Below, in pieces: positions 51,439 through 63,150 of a DNA stretch of 64,000 bases (the first letter of the stretch is position 1; every line of letters starts with the position of its first letter). The notes beneath the pieces were generated by a model. The model was not told where the DNA came from and did not search any database. It worked only from the letters and a program-made list of their open reading frames with translations. The stretch spans positions 1 to 64,000 of the forward strand of contig FLMG01002864.1 in the NCBI GenBank assembly GCA_900088475.1. Reading direction: 5' to 3'. Origin of the DNA: Hyphochytrium catenoides (taxonomy: Eukaryota; Protista; Hyphochytriomycota). The translations under genes and the position numbers were made by a program.

Positions 51439-51836
51439 TGAAGACGAGCGTGAGCTCGATAACGATTGAGAAGCTAACTACTTGCTATCGTGCTTACTAA
51501 TACGGTGTCTGAGTGTGTCTTCTTAAGCTTTTGATGAAGCTGGGAACTGTGAAGAAGAGTGTGAGCTCGATAACGATTGAGAAGCAAACGACTTGCTATC
51601 GTGCTTACTAATCAATACGGTGTCTGAGTGTTTCTTCTTAAGCTCTTGATGAAGCTGGGGACTGTGAAGAAGAGCGTGAGCTCGATAGCGATTGAGAAGC
51701 TAACGACTTGCTATCGTGCTTACTAATACGGCGTCTGAGTGTGTCTTCTTAAGCTCTTGATGAAGCTGGGAACTGTGAAGAAGAGCGTGAGCTCGATAAC
51801 GATTGAGAAGCTAACTACTTGCTATCGTGCTTACTA
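51439..51836. repeat. Tandem repeat, 111-bp unit, about 3.5 copies
   Basis: Units start at 51439, 51550, 51665 (after a 4-bp insertion) and 51776, with few substitutions and no variable spacers. Confidence 0.95.
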
Positions 51837-51899
51837 CCACCGGTGACTAACAGTGGTAAGTCCTAGTTCTTCAGTTAAGAGGTGAAGAACTGGTGAGGA

Positions 51900-54123
51900 C
51901 CACTCTCGATAGAGCCTCTCCACGGAGACGAGGAGTTGGACAGCAGTTGATGAGAGAAGGAAAGTAAGAGGATTGAGGGCTTTCTTTAAACGTTCAACCT
52001 CTACAGTCAACTCAGCTAACCTTACCTTTTAGCTATTGTATCTCGGTGTTCAGTGCTGCCTCCTTGCTTTTGAATTTCTCACTTCTCGCTGCTTTATCTT
52101 TGCTTGCTCTTGCTCAACTAGCTTCCTTGCAGCCCCAGCCTTTGAAGTTATAGCCAACGCCCTGCCTTCGTGTTCCTTGATTAGCTTTTGAAGGTGTTCA
52201 TCAAAATAAGTCTCTCAGCGTGTTCTTCATGATCCTTGAGTGCCTGTTGATGTTGTTCGTTTAGCTTACTGATCTCTTTGTCATGCTTATCACGTTCATT
52301 TGCAAGCTGCTTTCGTAGAGACTCAAGCTTCCCCAGGTCAATCCTTTCTGTCCCCAGGACTTGCGGCTGAGTCTGACTGGTCAAACGCTCTGCACGTAAC
52401 CTCTCAACCTCTGGCTCCAACTCCGCTAGCTTCTTTCTAGCGGCTTCCAGCTCTTGTCCGGTGACTTGTTGATTGACTAATTTCGCTTCCAGGTCCGATA
52501 CCTTCTTCTGTTAGGTTTCTAGATCTTGGGCTAGCTGCTTCTGTGTCACTTCTCCCGAACCTCGTAGCTTCTGAAGCTCTGCCTCTAAGCAGCTACCTTC
52601 TTTCTAGCGGCTTCCAGTTCTTGTCCCTGTCTGGTTAGAATCTCTTCCTGATCTGCTACTTTCTTCTTTTGAATTTCTAGATCTTGGACTAACTGCTTCC
52701 GTGTCGCTTCTCCTATGTCCAGCAAGCTCTGAACTTCGAGCCCCTTGTTGGTAAGCTTGTTATTGAGCTCGATGGCTTCTTTATCATGACGTCTTACTTC
52801 TTTCTAAAGAGTCACCTTGACCTTCTCATATCCCGCCAGCTTCTCCTTTCCCTATTTCTTGGAGCTTTACGTTACACTCTTGGAGTTGCTCGGCACAATT
52901 CTCTTTATTGGTTCTTAGATCACGGAGTTCACTTGCCAGCCTTTCCTTGTCGTTCGAAATGTTGTCGTATAATGCGGTCATACTCTTGAGTCTACTTTCT
53001 AGACGTTCGGACTTCTGCTGGTTCTTACTAAGCTGAATCCCATCTCTGTCTGTTCTCTCTATCGCCATTTCTCAATTCTTTACATTCCTCCAGTTTCTCT
53101 TTAAGCTCCTCCAGATCATCCCTAAGTATCCGTCGCTCGGCCTCAAGCTCCTCCATTTGTCCTCTGAGGAGCTGCTCGTGAAGCTCAGCAATGGCTCTTG
53201 CCTGCTCGATGTGGCTCTCGGAAGAATTACTACCAGGCGCCGATGCTGTCTCAATATCGGCCTCAAGTTGATCTATGCGCTGTCTCAAAACGTTCATACG
53301 GTCGAGGTACTGTTCATATACTAGTAGGTCTCTCGTGAGTCCACTATTCTGTTGTCTTCACTCGCTTGTGGGAATTCGGCCACGGCATTCTCGATGCTTT
53401 CATCGTTTCCCATTCTCTGTGCGATGCTAACAACAAAGTTATCGCGGTTGCGTGGAGAGGCGTAACGATAGAGTGAGAAATCACCTTTGACAATATGGCT
53501 TTCAACATATTTCTTCAGTGGATCCTCGATAAGCTTCGGTACCGTCTCAGCAATAAGATCTAGAATCTCCTGACGGTCATCAGGTACGAGCAAAAGTATC
53601 TTTCTGTCAATACGATCTTTGTATCGCTTAAGTCGCGTGGAATTCATGTTCGGTGTATGACCATACGAGACGCCTTCTACAAAGCACTTATTCGCAGTCT
53701 CGTAGAGCAACTTATCAAGATCTCCCAACTTGTTGTTTTCAAACGTTCCCTCATTCTTTAGCAGCAACTGCTTTATTTTCTTGGGAGTTTATAGCCCTTA
53801 CCAGGTGGACTTTGTAGGTCAGTCAGCATGGCTTTACCAAAATCATATTGCTCGTCTCTGTCGGCACCACCATCGATCCCTTGCTGTTCTGTTGCTATGG
53901 CCATTTGACTTCTTGTTCCCCCTTGGTTCCGTAGACTCTGACAGCCACCGACCATCACGGTAGGGCCATCACAGGTAAACGAGACCATCCGTAGAGCATT
54001 TGGAGCTTCATCACTGCATTGTCTGAAGGCAAAATAGAGAATTACACATGCCACAAGGACAGTGAAGCAGACAGACAGGTGGAAGATTCCATCATTAGTC
54101 TCATGACTAGACTCATTGTCCAT
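51900..54123 (-). pseudogene. Disrupted intronless gene: N-terminal TM segment followed by long coiled-coil
   Basis: Abutting same-strand ORFs 53773-54123 (hydrophobic helix), 53321-53767, 53028-53297, 52826-53068 and 52181-52420 lie in shifting frames. The distal parts are E/L/K/Q heptad-rich. Confidence 0.6.
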
Positions 54124-54228
54124 GGAAGCACAAAAATGTTGGAAACCTTATATCCAACGTCTTCGTTGTTCCTTTTATATTTATAACAAGATCTAATACC
54201 TATTTTGAGCCACAGACTTTATTCTTCT

Positions 54229-56520
54229 TCACACACTACTAGTGTCATCACTGTCGCTCGCGTCCGTTAAGTCGTCAGAGCTTTCATTATCTGGTTCAAA
54301 CCAATCTAGGTTTCTTTGGATGTCCGCATAAGTTCTTCGGCATTCTTCTATGGTCCTCTCCAGTACCGCAATTTCATTCTGAGTTACTCGTTGTCTTGTT
54401 TCATCCTCTTCCACTTTCTTCCGCACCGCTATCAGCTTAAGTTGAGCATCTTGAAGTTTTGCCTCACCAGGTCCGACATCTATAAGGCGTTGGAGAGTCT
54501 CCATTTGTCCTTGCTCTAGGACTATCATCTGGTTCCTCACTTCCAATTGTTCTTGTAAGGTCTTCAGAAGCCGTTCCTCCTTTTCTATATTCATAGCGAT
54601 TCGCTGCCGCTCTTGCTCCAGAAACTGGCTGGCCAAATTCTGCACCCATAAGATACGACAGTTTGCCGAGTCGAGATTGTGACTGACTATAGCTTCGTCG
54701 TCTAGAAGACGAGTAAGGATGTCCTCTGCATAGCGCTTCCTCTTCTCAAGCAGTAGCTCTCCAAAAAAGCCGACAATCCGCTCTTTAAAGGCCGCCTTCA
54801 TCTGTTGCCGTTCTGCTATCCATTGATCTCTCAAGCTGGTAGCCTGGTCCAGCGTTAATAACCAATACGCAAGATTCCAGAACTCGCGCTCCAAACATCT
54901 ATGGATGTCCTTTATTTCGAAGGGTAGCTCCCCGTTGGCGAGACCGAGCTCGTTCCAAAGAAATTTGGCAACATGTAGATGACCGTACTTGATAGCCGTC
55001 CGCCACTGATCAAGATTGTAAGAACCAAGGCCCCTTCCATGTAAGTGCTTGAGGAGACTTAGGTGCCCTCCAAAAATGGTCTGAAGTATAAGCGCAATAC
55101 CCATGCAACGTCCACCAGTTCTCTCCAGAAAGTAGTCAATGACTTTTGGATGCCCCATAGATGCGGCGGCTTCCATTGCACTGTGCATTGAGAATAAAGA
55201 GGCCGCACCCTTGTAGTGAGTGTACAATAGGTCCAGTAGTTTGAGATCTCCATTGTGAGCCGCATACTTCCAAAGCACTGGGATCGATTCATTAAGAGAT
55301 GACCCTTCCTGCTCAGTAAGAATCCATTTCACCGTTTCATAGTGGCCTCCGTAGACTGCCTTTTCCAGCGCTGCCCTGTCAAATGCGGAAGCGTCTAGGC
55401 CCTTCTCTTTGATCCACTTAAGTACATGGACATGGCCCTTTCCCGAGATACAGCTCAGTGTAACTGTGTCAAAGGTTAGCCGAGTGCCTGACCGTTTGTC
55501 TTTCTTGGGCTTGATCTCGTAGAAATACCTCAGCATATCAAGGTGACCCTCCATTGCCAGTGCATACAAATCACCTGAAAACTGAGACTGGTGCGGAAGT
55601 ACTTCTTCCATCCACTGCACGGTCTGCAGGCTACCACTTGAGACAGCCCTATGGTAGCATCTATCCCACATGCTATATCGCGGTTGATTAGCTAGAATCC
55701 ATTGGAGGATCTCTAAAGAATCAGTCTGGATCTCGCAGGGTATATACTCTCCATACAGCTCCATTGCTTTCCCTTGTAGCCAAAGAAACGTAGCGGCGGC
55801 TCCAAATATAGCAGCAACCGTAATAGCTTTCCCATGAACCGTCCTTAATGCTTTAGAGGACCGCAGCCGCTCAAAGAGATGCTCTACCAGCTCTACATGT
55901 CCACGCCTAACAGCCATGTAATAGCATTTGATGACTTGCTTCTGCCAACCGAGAGTATGTGTCATAAGCCACTTCACAATGTGCAAATGACCACGCCATG
56001 TCGCTACCAAGAGAGGATGCTCAAGGCGCTCTGCGTCGTTGCACATAAATTCAACAGCCATAAGGGGCTCAATATCCTCAAACTGGTTAACACCCTCAAA
56101 CTGGTCGACATCCTCAAGCTGCTCAGCATCCTCAAACTGCTCTCGCGCCTCAAAGCTCATTTCTTCCAGGTCCACACTCCATGGATCTCGATCAGGCATA
56201 CGTATCAAACTCCAACGGATTGTCTCCGATGCCAGGCCTGCGAGCGTTGAGCCATTCACCGTGAACTGGTTTTTGTTTGACCTCAGAATGAATTGCAATA
56301 TGGGTAGATCTCCGTTTTCTAGTGCCGTCCATGTCGCTCTCGAGGTGTAGAAGAAGTCCTTGGCCTCCACATCCTGCTTCAATCTCATGAGATTGTAATA
56401 ACCAAGCTTCATGGATTTGTCTCCATCGGCCCAATCCTTGAACTTACTCCCAGGTTGAAATTGGGTGATTGACTGAAGCAGATCAGAATTATAGAGGACC
56501 TCAGCCGCACTGCTGACCAT
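54229..56520 (-). CDS. Intronless ankyrin-repeat protein with C-terminal coiled coil and acidic tail (763 aa)
   Basis: Repeated A..GHL.+++WL motifs (WRGHLHIVKWL, RRGHVELVEHL, MEGHLDMLRYF, YGGHYETVKWI, KYGHLHVAKFL) and an N-terminal VLYNSDLLQSITQFQPG leader. Confidence 0.9.
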   Translation of the reverse strand: MVSSAAEVLYNSDLLQSITQFQPGSKFKDWADGDKSMKLGYYNLMRLKQDVEAKDFFYTSRATWTALENGDLPILQFILRSNKNQFTVNGSTLAGLASETIRWSLIRMPDRDPWSVDLEEMSFEAREQFEDAEQLEDVDQFEGVNQFEDIEPLMAVEFMCNDAERLEHPLLVATWRGHLHIVKWLMTHTLGWQKQVIKCYYMAVRRGHVELVEHLFERLRSSKALRTVHGKAITVAAIFGAAATFLWLQGKAMELYGEYIPCEIQTDSLEILQWILANQPRYSMWDRCYHRAVSSGSLQTVQWMEEVLPHQSQFSGDLYALAMEGHLDMLRYFYEIKPKKDKRSGTRLTFDTVTLSCISGKGHVHVLKWIKEKGLDASAFDRAALEKAVYGGHYETVKWILTEQEGSSLNESIPVLWKYAAHNGDLKLLDLLYTHYKGAASLFSMHSAMEAAASMGHPKVIDYFLERTGGRCMGIALILQTIFGGHLSLLKHLHGRGLGSYNLDQWRTAIKYGHLHVAKFLWNELGLANGELPFEIKDIHRCLEREFWNLAYWLLTLDQATSLRDQWIAERQQMKAAFKERIVGFFGELLLEKRKRYAEDILTRLLDDEAIVSHNLDSANCRILWVQNLASQFLEQERQRIAMNIEKEERLLKTLQEQLEVRNQMIVLEQGQMETLQRLIDVGPGEAKLQDAQLKLIAVRKKVEEDETRQRVTQNEIAVLERTIEECRRTYADIQRNLDWFEPDNESSDDLTDASDSDDTSSV

Positions 56521-56787
56521 GGTGCTCGGAAGGCGGGAACTCGTTTTGCTCTACGTTAACGAATAGATTTCCCTGTCCGTTCGATAGCCCATAACTGAAG
56601 ATGTGGTGGAGCTCAACAGAGCTCTTTCGGTGGCAATTCTAGAGATGCAGATCTCTCTTACAGGGAAAATTGCAGAAGTTCCGCTCTTCCAAGGACAGAA
56701 GCGGGGCATCAGAATCCGATGCCGCCTTTTTAACATCAGAACAACGGCCCGCACTAGAGGGAGTTGACAGTATTCTGGATAAGAAGA

Positions 56788-56842
56788 ATCTGATTGGTCG
56801 ACATTGTATAGCGCTCGTCTGATTGGTCACATTGGCCAATAG
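56788..56842. promoter_or_regulatory. Cluster of CCAAT boxes about 270-320 bp upstream of the ankyrin ORF
   Basis: CTGATTGGTC occurs twice and CATTGGCCAAT once, all within 55 bp. Confidence 0.4.
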
Positions 56843-57403
56843 GATGCATACCCGAAGGCCGTGATAATACTCTACAATCATAGGCCATGACCCTCAACAG
56901 TCATCGTCCATCATCACACACCCTTATTTTTATATTCTGTTGTTTATTCCTGTGGTCTTTCTGTGTATTGGAGACTAACGAATCTAACGATCGACCTATC
57001 ATTATCTTTAGCATTTGGCTATGATTAGTGTACGTTCTGTACCACAGATTAGGTGAGAGTGATGGTAGATGGTACGTTATATGAATGTTTGGCTATTGAT
57101 ACTCTTGCGCAGGTTCCTGCCCTGCTATTGTACGTAATAGTCACCGTCAAGGATCTATGATGACCCGTACAGAAGTCATTAGTCATTACAGGGACAAAAG
57201 AACGACGAAGCAACTATTCTATAAAACACTGTAAGGCCTTACATCCCGGCAGAAGACTATTAAGTGGATAAACGACAAACACTACTGGCGACTTGCCCGT
57301 AGATAGAGACTAGGAATTCATGATGTGAGCACGCACCCCAAATCTCTGTAAGGTAGTAACAGTCACCCACGATAGCTGGCGCACTCTTCTCCAAACTCTA
57401 TTT

Positions 57404-59200
57404 CTAGGATGAGGTCAGAAGGTAGTCTTGGTTCTCGCGTGAAGGGAGAGAATTGCGCTGTGCTGTGCTGTGCTGCAACATTCGGTAAGCACTCATCAAA
57501 GAATTGATGTTCTCATCCCAAACAGTATGGTCCTCGTTGACAGTCTTCTTCAGGAAGCGGCGAGTTGTCCTGATCACCCTCTCTGCTGCTGCGGAAGCTC
57601 CGTCTGAGTAGGCGACGCCTGCCTTTCCTTGAGGTCCTAGCAAAGCATTGACCTCCTCCATAGTCGTTGACCGATTCAGAGAACTAGCATTGTCCGTAAG
57701 GATCATCTTAGAGACTGAGTACCCAGCAATCCATTCACCAATGATTATCCTGACCACCATTTGGCTTCAGTGCTCCTCACTGCATACACTTCAGCCCATC
57801 GAGAGGAGACGTCAATGATCACTAGAATGTAGATGTTGCCAAACCTGGAGCACTCGAGAGGACCGATGGAGTCCACCTGGATGCTCTAGTTAGGGTAAAT
57901 GGCCTTTCATGACGTTATTTCTCCTTGCGTCTTCCTGCTCGATGGGTGTTTAGCACAAAGCAAACTTCCTTTTTGCGTCTTCTGGTCAGTATGAACTGCT
58001 TCAGGCCTCGGTACATATTCGGCCAATAGAAATGTCTACGAAGCTTCTCGGAAGCCTTTGTAATGTCTAAATGTCCTCCAGCAAGTGGACTGCAGTGAGT
58101 CTCCTTCATGAGCCAATGTCTCAATCTTGCTGGAATTACCACTCTGAGTTGCTCTAGAAGGGGAATCACATCATCTAATACCGGTTCAATGACATTGGCG
58201 TTCCCTCCTGAGCCTTGCATCTCTTCTGCCACAAAGCTTGCTTGTTGAACTCCCGATGTCTTTCCTCCATCGCTCACAGAGCTGGAGGACAAGCTGCGAG
58301 CTTCACCAGAGAGCTGTGACGATCCAGCTCCTAGTCTATCCTTGGTGGATGGCAATCCTCCTTTACAAGCGCCAGTCCTCAGCTCTAGTGACCTATTGTC
58401 ACTTTGAACTGCTTTGACAGAAGCTTCAGGAGCTAAGCTCATTCCACTTGCATAGATAAAAACCTTACTCGTCTTTCTGTTCTCTTCGTCTCTCACCTGT
58501 CCATCCCGCTGCTTCTCCTGAGAGGCAGCCATCTTTGCTATGACCTCTTGTCTAGCCACTGACAGAGACACCGTTTTAGCTGTACATCGGGGGGTTTGAG
58601 GTAGTTTAAACTCCAAACTGCTAGACAAGACATCAGTCAGATCTTCTCCCCCCAAAGATCTACCTGGCGTCCATGGCTATCAGTGAGGCACCTCTTCCTT
58701 CTCTTTGACTAGGCCTCTTTTTCCCTCGTCAGGCTAGGGATCAGCACTAATATTACCATCTTTGAATGTAGGAGCTTCCTGGCAGGGCCGCTGCCTCTGT
58801 CTCCTTCATCAGAAGCAATACCAGCACTACTCCCCCGCTGAACGCCTCGGACCTCCCGCCTCTCTTCCGTCGAAAAAGGAACAATGGCCAACCACCTGCC
58901 CCAGCCTCTTTGCTTTGCAGTGTCTTGTTGGTCATCAGCCAGAGAGCGCTTTGCTCCCTATCGTCTTCGGGTAAGCCTCTTTCCTGCTCCCCGCTTCTTT
59001 TCTCAACACGAGCTCTTTCTCGCGTATAATAAGCACGAGCTCGTTCTGGCAGTTCAGGTAACGGGCTCTTCTCTGGACGACGAGCTCTTTCTCTCATCCA
59101 ACCACTACGAGCTCTTTCCTGTAGCTGAGGTATGGGCTCTTTCCCTTCCTCACTTTGACAAAGCTGTGCTGCTTCTCCTTCTAGAGCCTGAAGCAATGGA
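57404..59200 (-). mobile_element. Decayed Ty3/Gypsy LTR retrotransposon: gag-like remnant plus integrase; no RT/RNase H seen
   Basis: Integrase Zn-binding region LRVVIPARLRHWLMKETHCSPLAGGHLDITKASEKLRRHFYWPNMY. Core IQVDSIGPL...GNIYILVIIDVSSRWAEVYA, ILTDNA and AERVIRT...WDENI. Stops and frameshifts are present. Confidence 0.88.
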
Positions 59201-59379
59201 TCTATTTGCTTCCTTCGCTCTGCAGGAGCTATATATACTATAGAATGCCATTACGCAGGACAAAAGTTTTGGTGCATTGAGCAGGCATTTGTCCAGTACA
59301 GCGTTGCAATAGACAGTCTATGGTCTCCTTCATCCAGTTGTCAGTTGACAGTTGCTGACAAAGCCATTCATGTTGGTGC

Positions 59380-61010
59380 TGTTCCTGAACATGAGATTGC
59401 GGGTGCATGGCTAGACTCTATTTTTCTGGGCTAATCTTCTGGAGTTCATTAACCGCCTCAACAGCAGAGCTTCTGGGCTTTTATTCCGGTGGAGATATGG
59501 CTATCCCACTATGGGGCCAGTCCAGAGGAGTACTTCAGTAATGATATTATGTTCCTAAACCGTATACTTACGCGTCGGTTGGGATGTCAAGGAAGCGCCA
59601 TATGGAGATCGTCCGTGCAAGAAGTACCAATCATAATGCCAATGATGATCCCTTAACCCTGCATTGGGAAGCGCCTATGGAGCATGACAGGCGTATAGCT
59701 GATGACCTATAAGCAGGTGCGCAACGTTTGTGCAAGCGTAGGCTGTGTCAAAGGTTTGTCCATTCTATCGCTAGCCGATCCCTGAGGACCATCTAAAGGC
59801 TTCTCAGCTACAAGTTGAAGTTGCTCCACGTTCCGTATACCCCTAAGTCTTCTCTTCCCAGTACTGATCCAACTAGATGGTATTTATTGAGGACATGCTC
59901 CATCAGAAGAGGATTCCAGAGTTGATGGACATCGGCTGGACGCGATTGTTGGCAGTGTTAGGGACCAAGCTTCTACTGATTGCCCGCGTACTTCAGGCTC
60001 AAGAGGCTGCACGGACAGGCCGATCAGAAACATCAAGGGTCGAGGATATGAACGCTCTGTTCGTGGAGGCATGGTTTATGAAAGTGATGACGAGCTCGTC
60101 GTCTTCTGATTTGAAGCTTGGCTCGAAGAACGAGTCTAACGTATTGACACAACTTCCTGCCTTTCTGCTGTCCATTATGAGGAACCGAAAGAAGAAGCCA
60201 GTGGAGCAGGAGGACCACATACCCTTGAAGGCCAGAGCCACGCTGCTGGTCTAGTAGTAGAGGTCATAAAGGAAAACGGATTGCTCTGCAGACGAGGCCA
60301 ACCGGAGGCAGCTTTTTCTCCACCAGATGACATTGCTCCACGATGCAGGGATTCCTCTTTGCAGTTTTCCGAGAGTGGAGAGACGGAGTGAAGACCAGAC
60401 AAGAGGAGAACGAGCCGCTACTTCCTTATTACAGAGCACCGGGAACACTGAAGAAAAAGACTGTCTATAAGATGCGACAAGTGTTCAGTACCGACCCAGA
60501 AATAGCAAAAAGACTGGACGGATCAAAGAAGGCGATGGTAAGGGGCTAGTGTGGCCTGCCAAGTTCCACCCACATGACTGCCCTTCCTCGGCTATATTGG
60601 TTATAGCCTCTAGTTTGTATCTCGATAAAGTCCTTTGCTCGGCTCTATCGTTCCTCTCTTGCAGGTCACCCTACCTGGTTCTGCGGGCAAAGAATTGCAG
60701 CTATGTTGCATCTTGTGCTGCACACAAGTGCACGGCGGAGAGGGAGAAGGCTTTCTTGATTAAAGGAGAAGGGGATTTAAAACCAGCAAGATGTGCTTGA
60801 CGTGCCACGATGCCGGGATCCCTCTTTGTGATTTTGCAAGAGACTGGGAGAAGACCTGCTTTGAACTCTTCCACACCCAAAGAGTTCTTAAAGACCCCCT
60901 GCCAAGGGATCGGAAGAAGGAGCGCTTTGCCTATCGTTGCTATGGCAGAACGGCGACACGCAAATAACCCTATCGGTGTGCCCCTATTGGAGCAAAGAAT
61001 ACCTAGGAGT
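59380..61010 (+). mobile_element. Decayed piggyBac-like DNA transposon, copy A, with YqaJ-like motifs and a C-terminal Cys-rich domain
   Basis: Read across frameshifts: TAELLG..PVEIWLSHYGASPEEYF...GMSRKRHMEIVRA (piggyBac N-terminal pattern), LKLGSKNESNVL and ENGLLC..QPEAAFSPPD (YqaJ-like), then CILC...RRGFKTSKMCLTCH..IPLC......TCFELFH. Confidence 0.65.
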
Positions 61011-61761
61011 CATCGGCATCATCACTTCTTCTTCACCCGCCAGTTCTGCCCGCCTTGCTTCTTCTGCTGCAGAAAGAGCAATAGCAGTATTTATAGCCTC
61101 CTAGGGGTTCAACTTCCTCGTTCCTCTTCATCTCTCCTAGTTATTTTTTGCTCCAATAGGGGCACACCGTTGGAGTTGTTTGCACATCAACGCCCTGTCA
61201 TAGGCAAAGCGCTCCTTCTTCCGATCCCTTGGCAGGAGGTCTTTAAGAACTCTTTGGGTGTGGAAACGTCCAAAGCAGGTCTTCCTGCGGTCCCTTCGAA
61301 AATTGCAAAGAGGGATCCCGGCATCGTGGCAGTCAGGCACATCTTGGTGGTTTTAAATCCCCTTCTCCTTTAATCAAAAAAGCATTCTCCCTCACCGCCG
61401 TGCGCCTGTGTGCGGCACAAGATGCAACATAGCTGCACTTCTTTGCCGGGAGAACCAGGTAGGGTGACCTGTAGGAGAGGAAAGATAGAGCAGCAAAGGA
61501 CTTTGGCGAGATACCAACTAGAGGCTATAACGTATTTAGCCGAGGAAGGGCAGTCATGTGGGTGGAACTTGGCTGTCCACACTAGCCCCTTACCATCGCC
61601 TTCTTTGATCCGTCCAGTATTTTTGCTATATGTCCGTCCAGTCCTTTTGCTATATGTTCTGGGTCGGTACTGAACACTTATCGCATCTTATATACAGTCT
61701 TTTTCTTCAGTGTTCCCGCTGCTCTGTAATCAGGAAGTAGAGGCTCGTTCTCCTCTTGTCT
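60397..61761. repeat. Long imperfect inverted repeat: arms ~60397-61010 and ~61134-61761, spacer ~125 bp
   Basis: The arms align as reverse complements along ~615 bp with scattered mismatches. The right arm has a ~22-bp internal duplication near 61610-61655. Confidence 0.95.
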
Positions 61762-63150
61762 GCGCAACGCCACTCTAATCTGGCTAAACTGGGGAGCGGA
61801 GGGCACTCTAGCACAGAAATCGAGTGAAGGTGCCAGCCTATGATTTCCTTTGATTGTGATAGCCCCGGTAGCTAGTACACGCTTCCCCGTCCATCAAGAC
61901 ACTGTATGCCCTAGAACGAGAACATCAATTTCCAGACAAGGCGTCTCAGGGATAGGCTGATACCTTAAAAAGTATGCTTGACTGATGAGCAATGTAAACC
62001 AATGACATGATCATCCACAACCGGATCCTTCCACGGGGGAAAGCCGGCAATAGGTATTGTTATTGGCAAGAAGCCTCCTGACGCCCCCTTCGATGCGGTT
62101 CCAGGCTGCAAAGAGAGGGTACCAGATGCTTGGCAGGCGGAACCGGTCGACGCGTTTCTTTTGCCCTTTTTGAAAGCGCCATCCATAGACCCAGCGTCTG
62201 CTAACTGTATAAGCGTCCACCGCATTACTGAGATCTGCATTCTCTCGCTGCAAGCAGGATCTTGGGCCACTCAGCATCTCGGTGGTAGACCCAAGAGAGA
62301 TAAGTTTGCCTCACGAAGGTGAAAGCGGCTGAATAATGGCCATTAATAGGGCAAGCTGGACTACCCTGATGATGTTGGTTGATGAAGCCCCAACATAGAA
62401 CCAGCTTCTTAGTCCAGAGCATGCCATGGAATGTGAGATCTGGGTCCTCTAACGACCATCTGGAAGTCACCTTCTTGAGGAGATCAGGCTGTTCGGAGCA
62501 GCTTGCCAATATGAAAAGGGTTAGTTTGATAGGTACCTCTTGCACGAATGATCTCCATGTAGCACTTTTTTGACATCCCGATCGCCGCGTACGTATACGG
62601 GGCAGGAATATCATTACTGAGGTACTCCTCTGGACTGAACCCACAGTAGGATAGCCATAGCTCCACCGGAATAAAGCCCACAAGCTCTGCTGTTGAGGCG
62701 GGTTCTGGGTTCGATAAGGTGGCGGTTAATGAGCTCCAGAAGATTAGCTCAGAAAGATAGAGTCTAGCCATGCAGCCGCAACTTATGCTCATGAACATCT
62801 TCTGGCCTTCCTCTCCCTGCTCGGCCCTGAACATGTTGATCTTCAAACTCTTGACCACCAACGCAACCTCCGCTCTAGCTTTCACCAAGGAGAAAAGCAT
62901 CTGCAGCGTCGAACTGGATCCTATTCTCAAAATCTTGAAGCTGCTGCCAGCCAACCGATGCAGCATCGATTGCGTCCTCTTCCATGTCTTCTTCATCATG
63001 ACCATCTCACTCTAGATTTTACCGTCAGCTCCAACTTCTCCATAGAAAGTAGTTTCTGTGGCTGTAACCAAGCCGACGATAAAGCCTCCAAACAAATTGG
63101 TCCTTGGATTTGGTCCTTGGATTACAAGATCTGTGACATGTACATGCCCT
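61134..63150 (-). mobile_element. Decayed piggyBac-like DNA transposon, copy B (inverted relative to copy A)
   Basis: Acidic N-terminus, then TAELVGFIPVELWLSYCGFSPEEYL...GMSKKCYMEIIRA (homologous to 59380-59640), LGLWMAL...PVPPAKHL, AAWNRIEGGV (compare piggyBac YNxxxGGVD) and the same Cys-rich tail as copy A. Confidence 0.65.

Noticed and set aside
51439-51836. CRISPR-like array
   Set aside because: The whole 111-bp unit repeats with no unique spacers, there are no cas genes, and the context is eukaryotic.
60810-61373. 187-aa ORF across the inverted-repeat centre
   Set aside because: It is off-frame or antisense to the Cys-rich transposase tail and is a by-product of the foldback.
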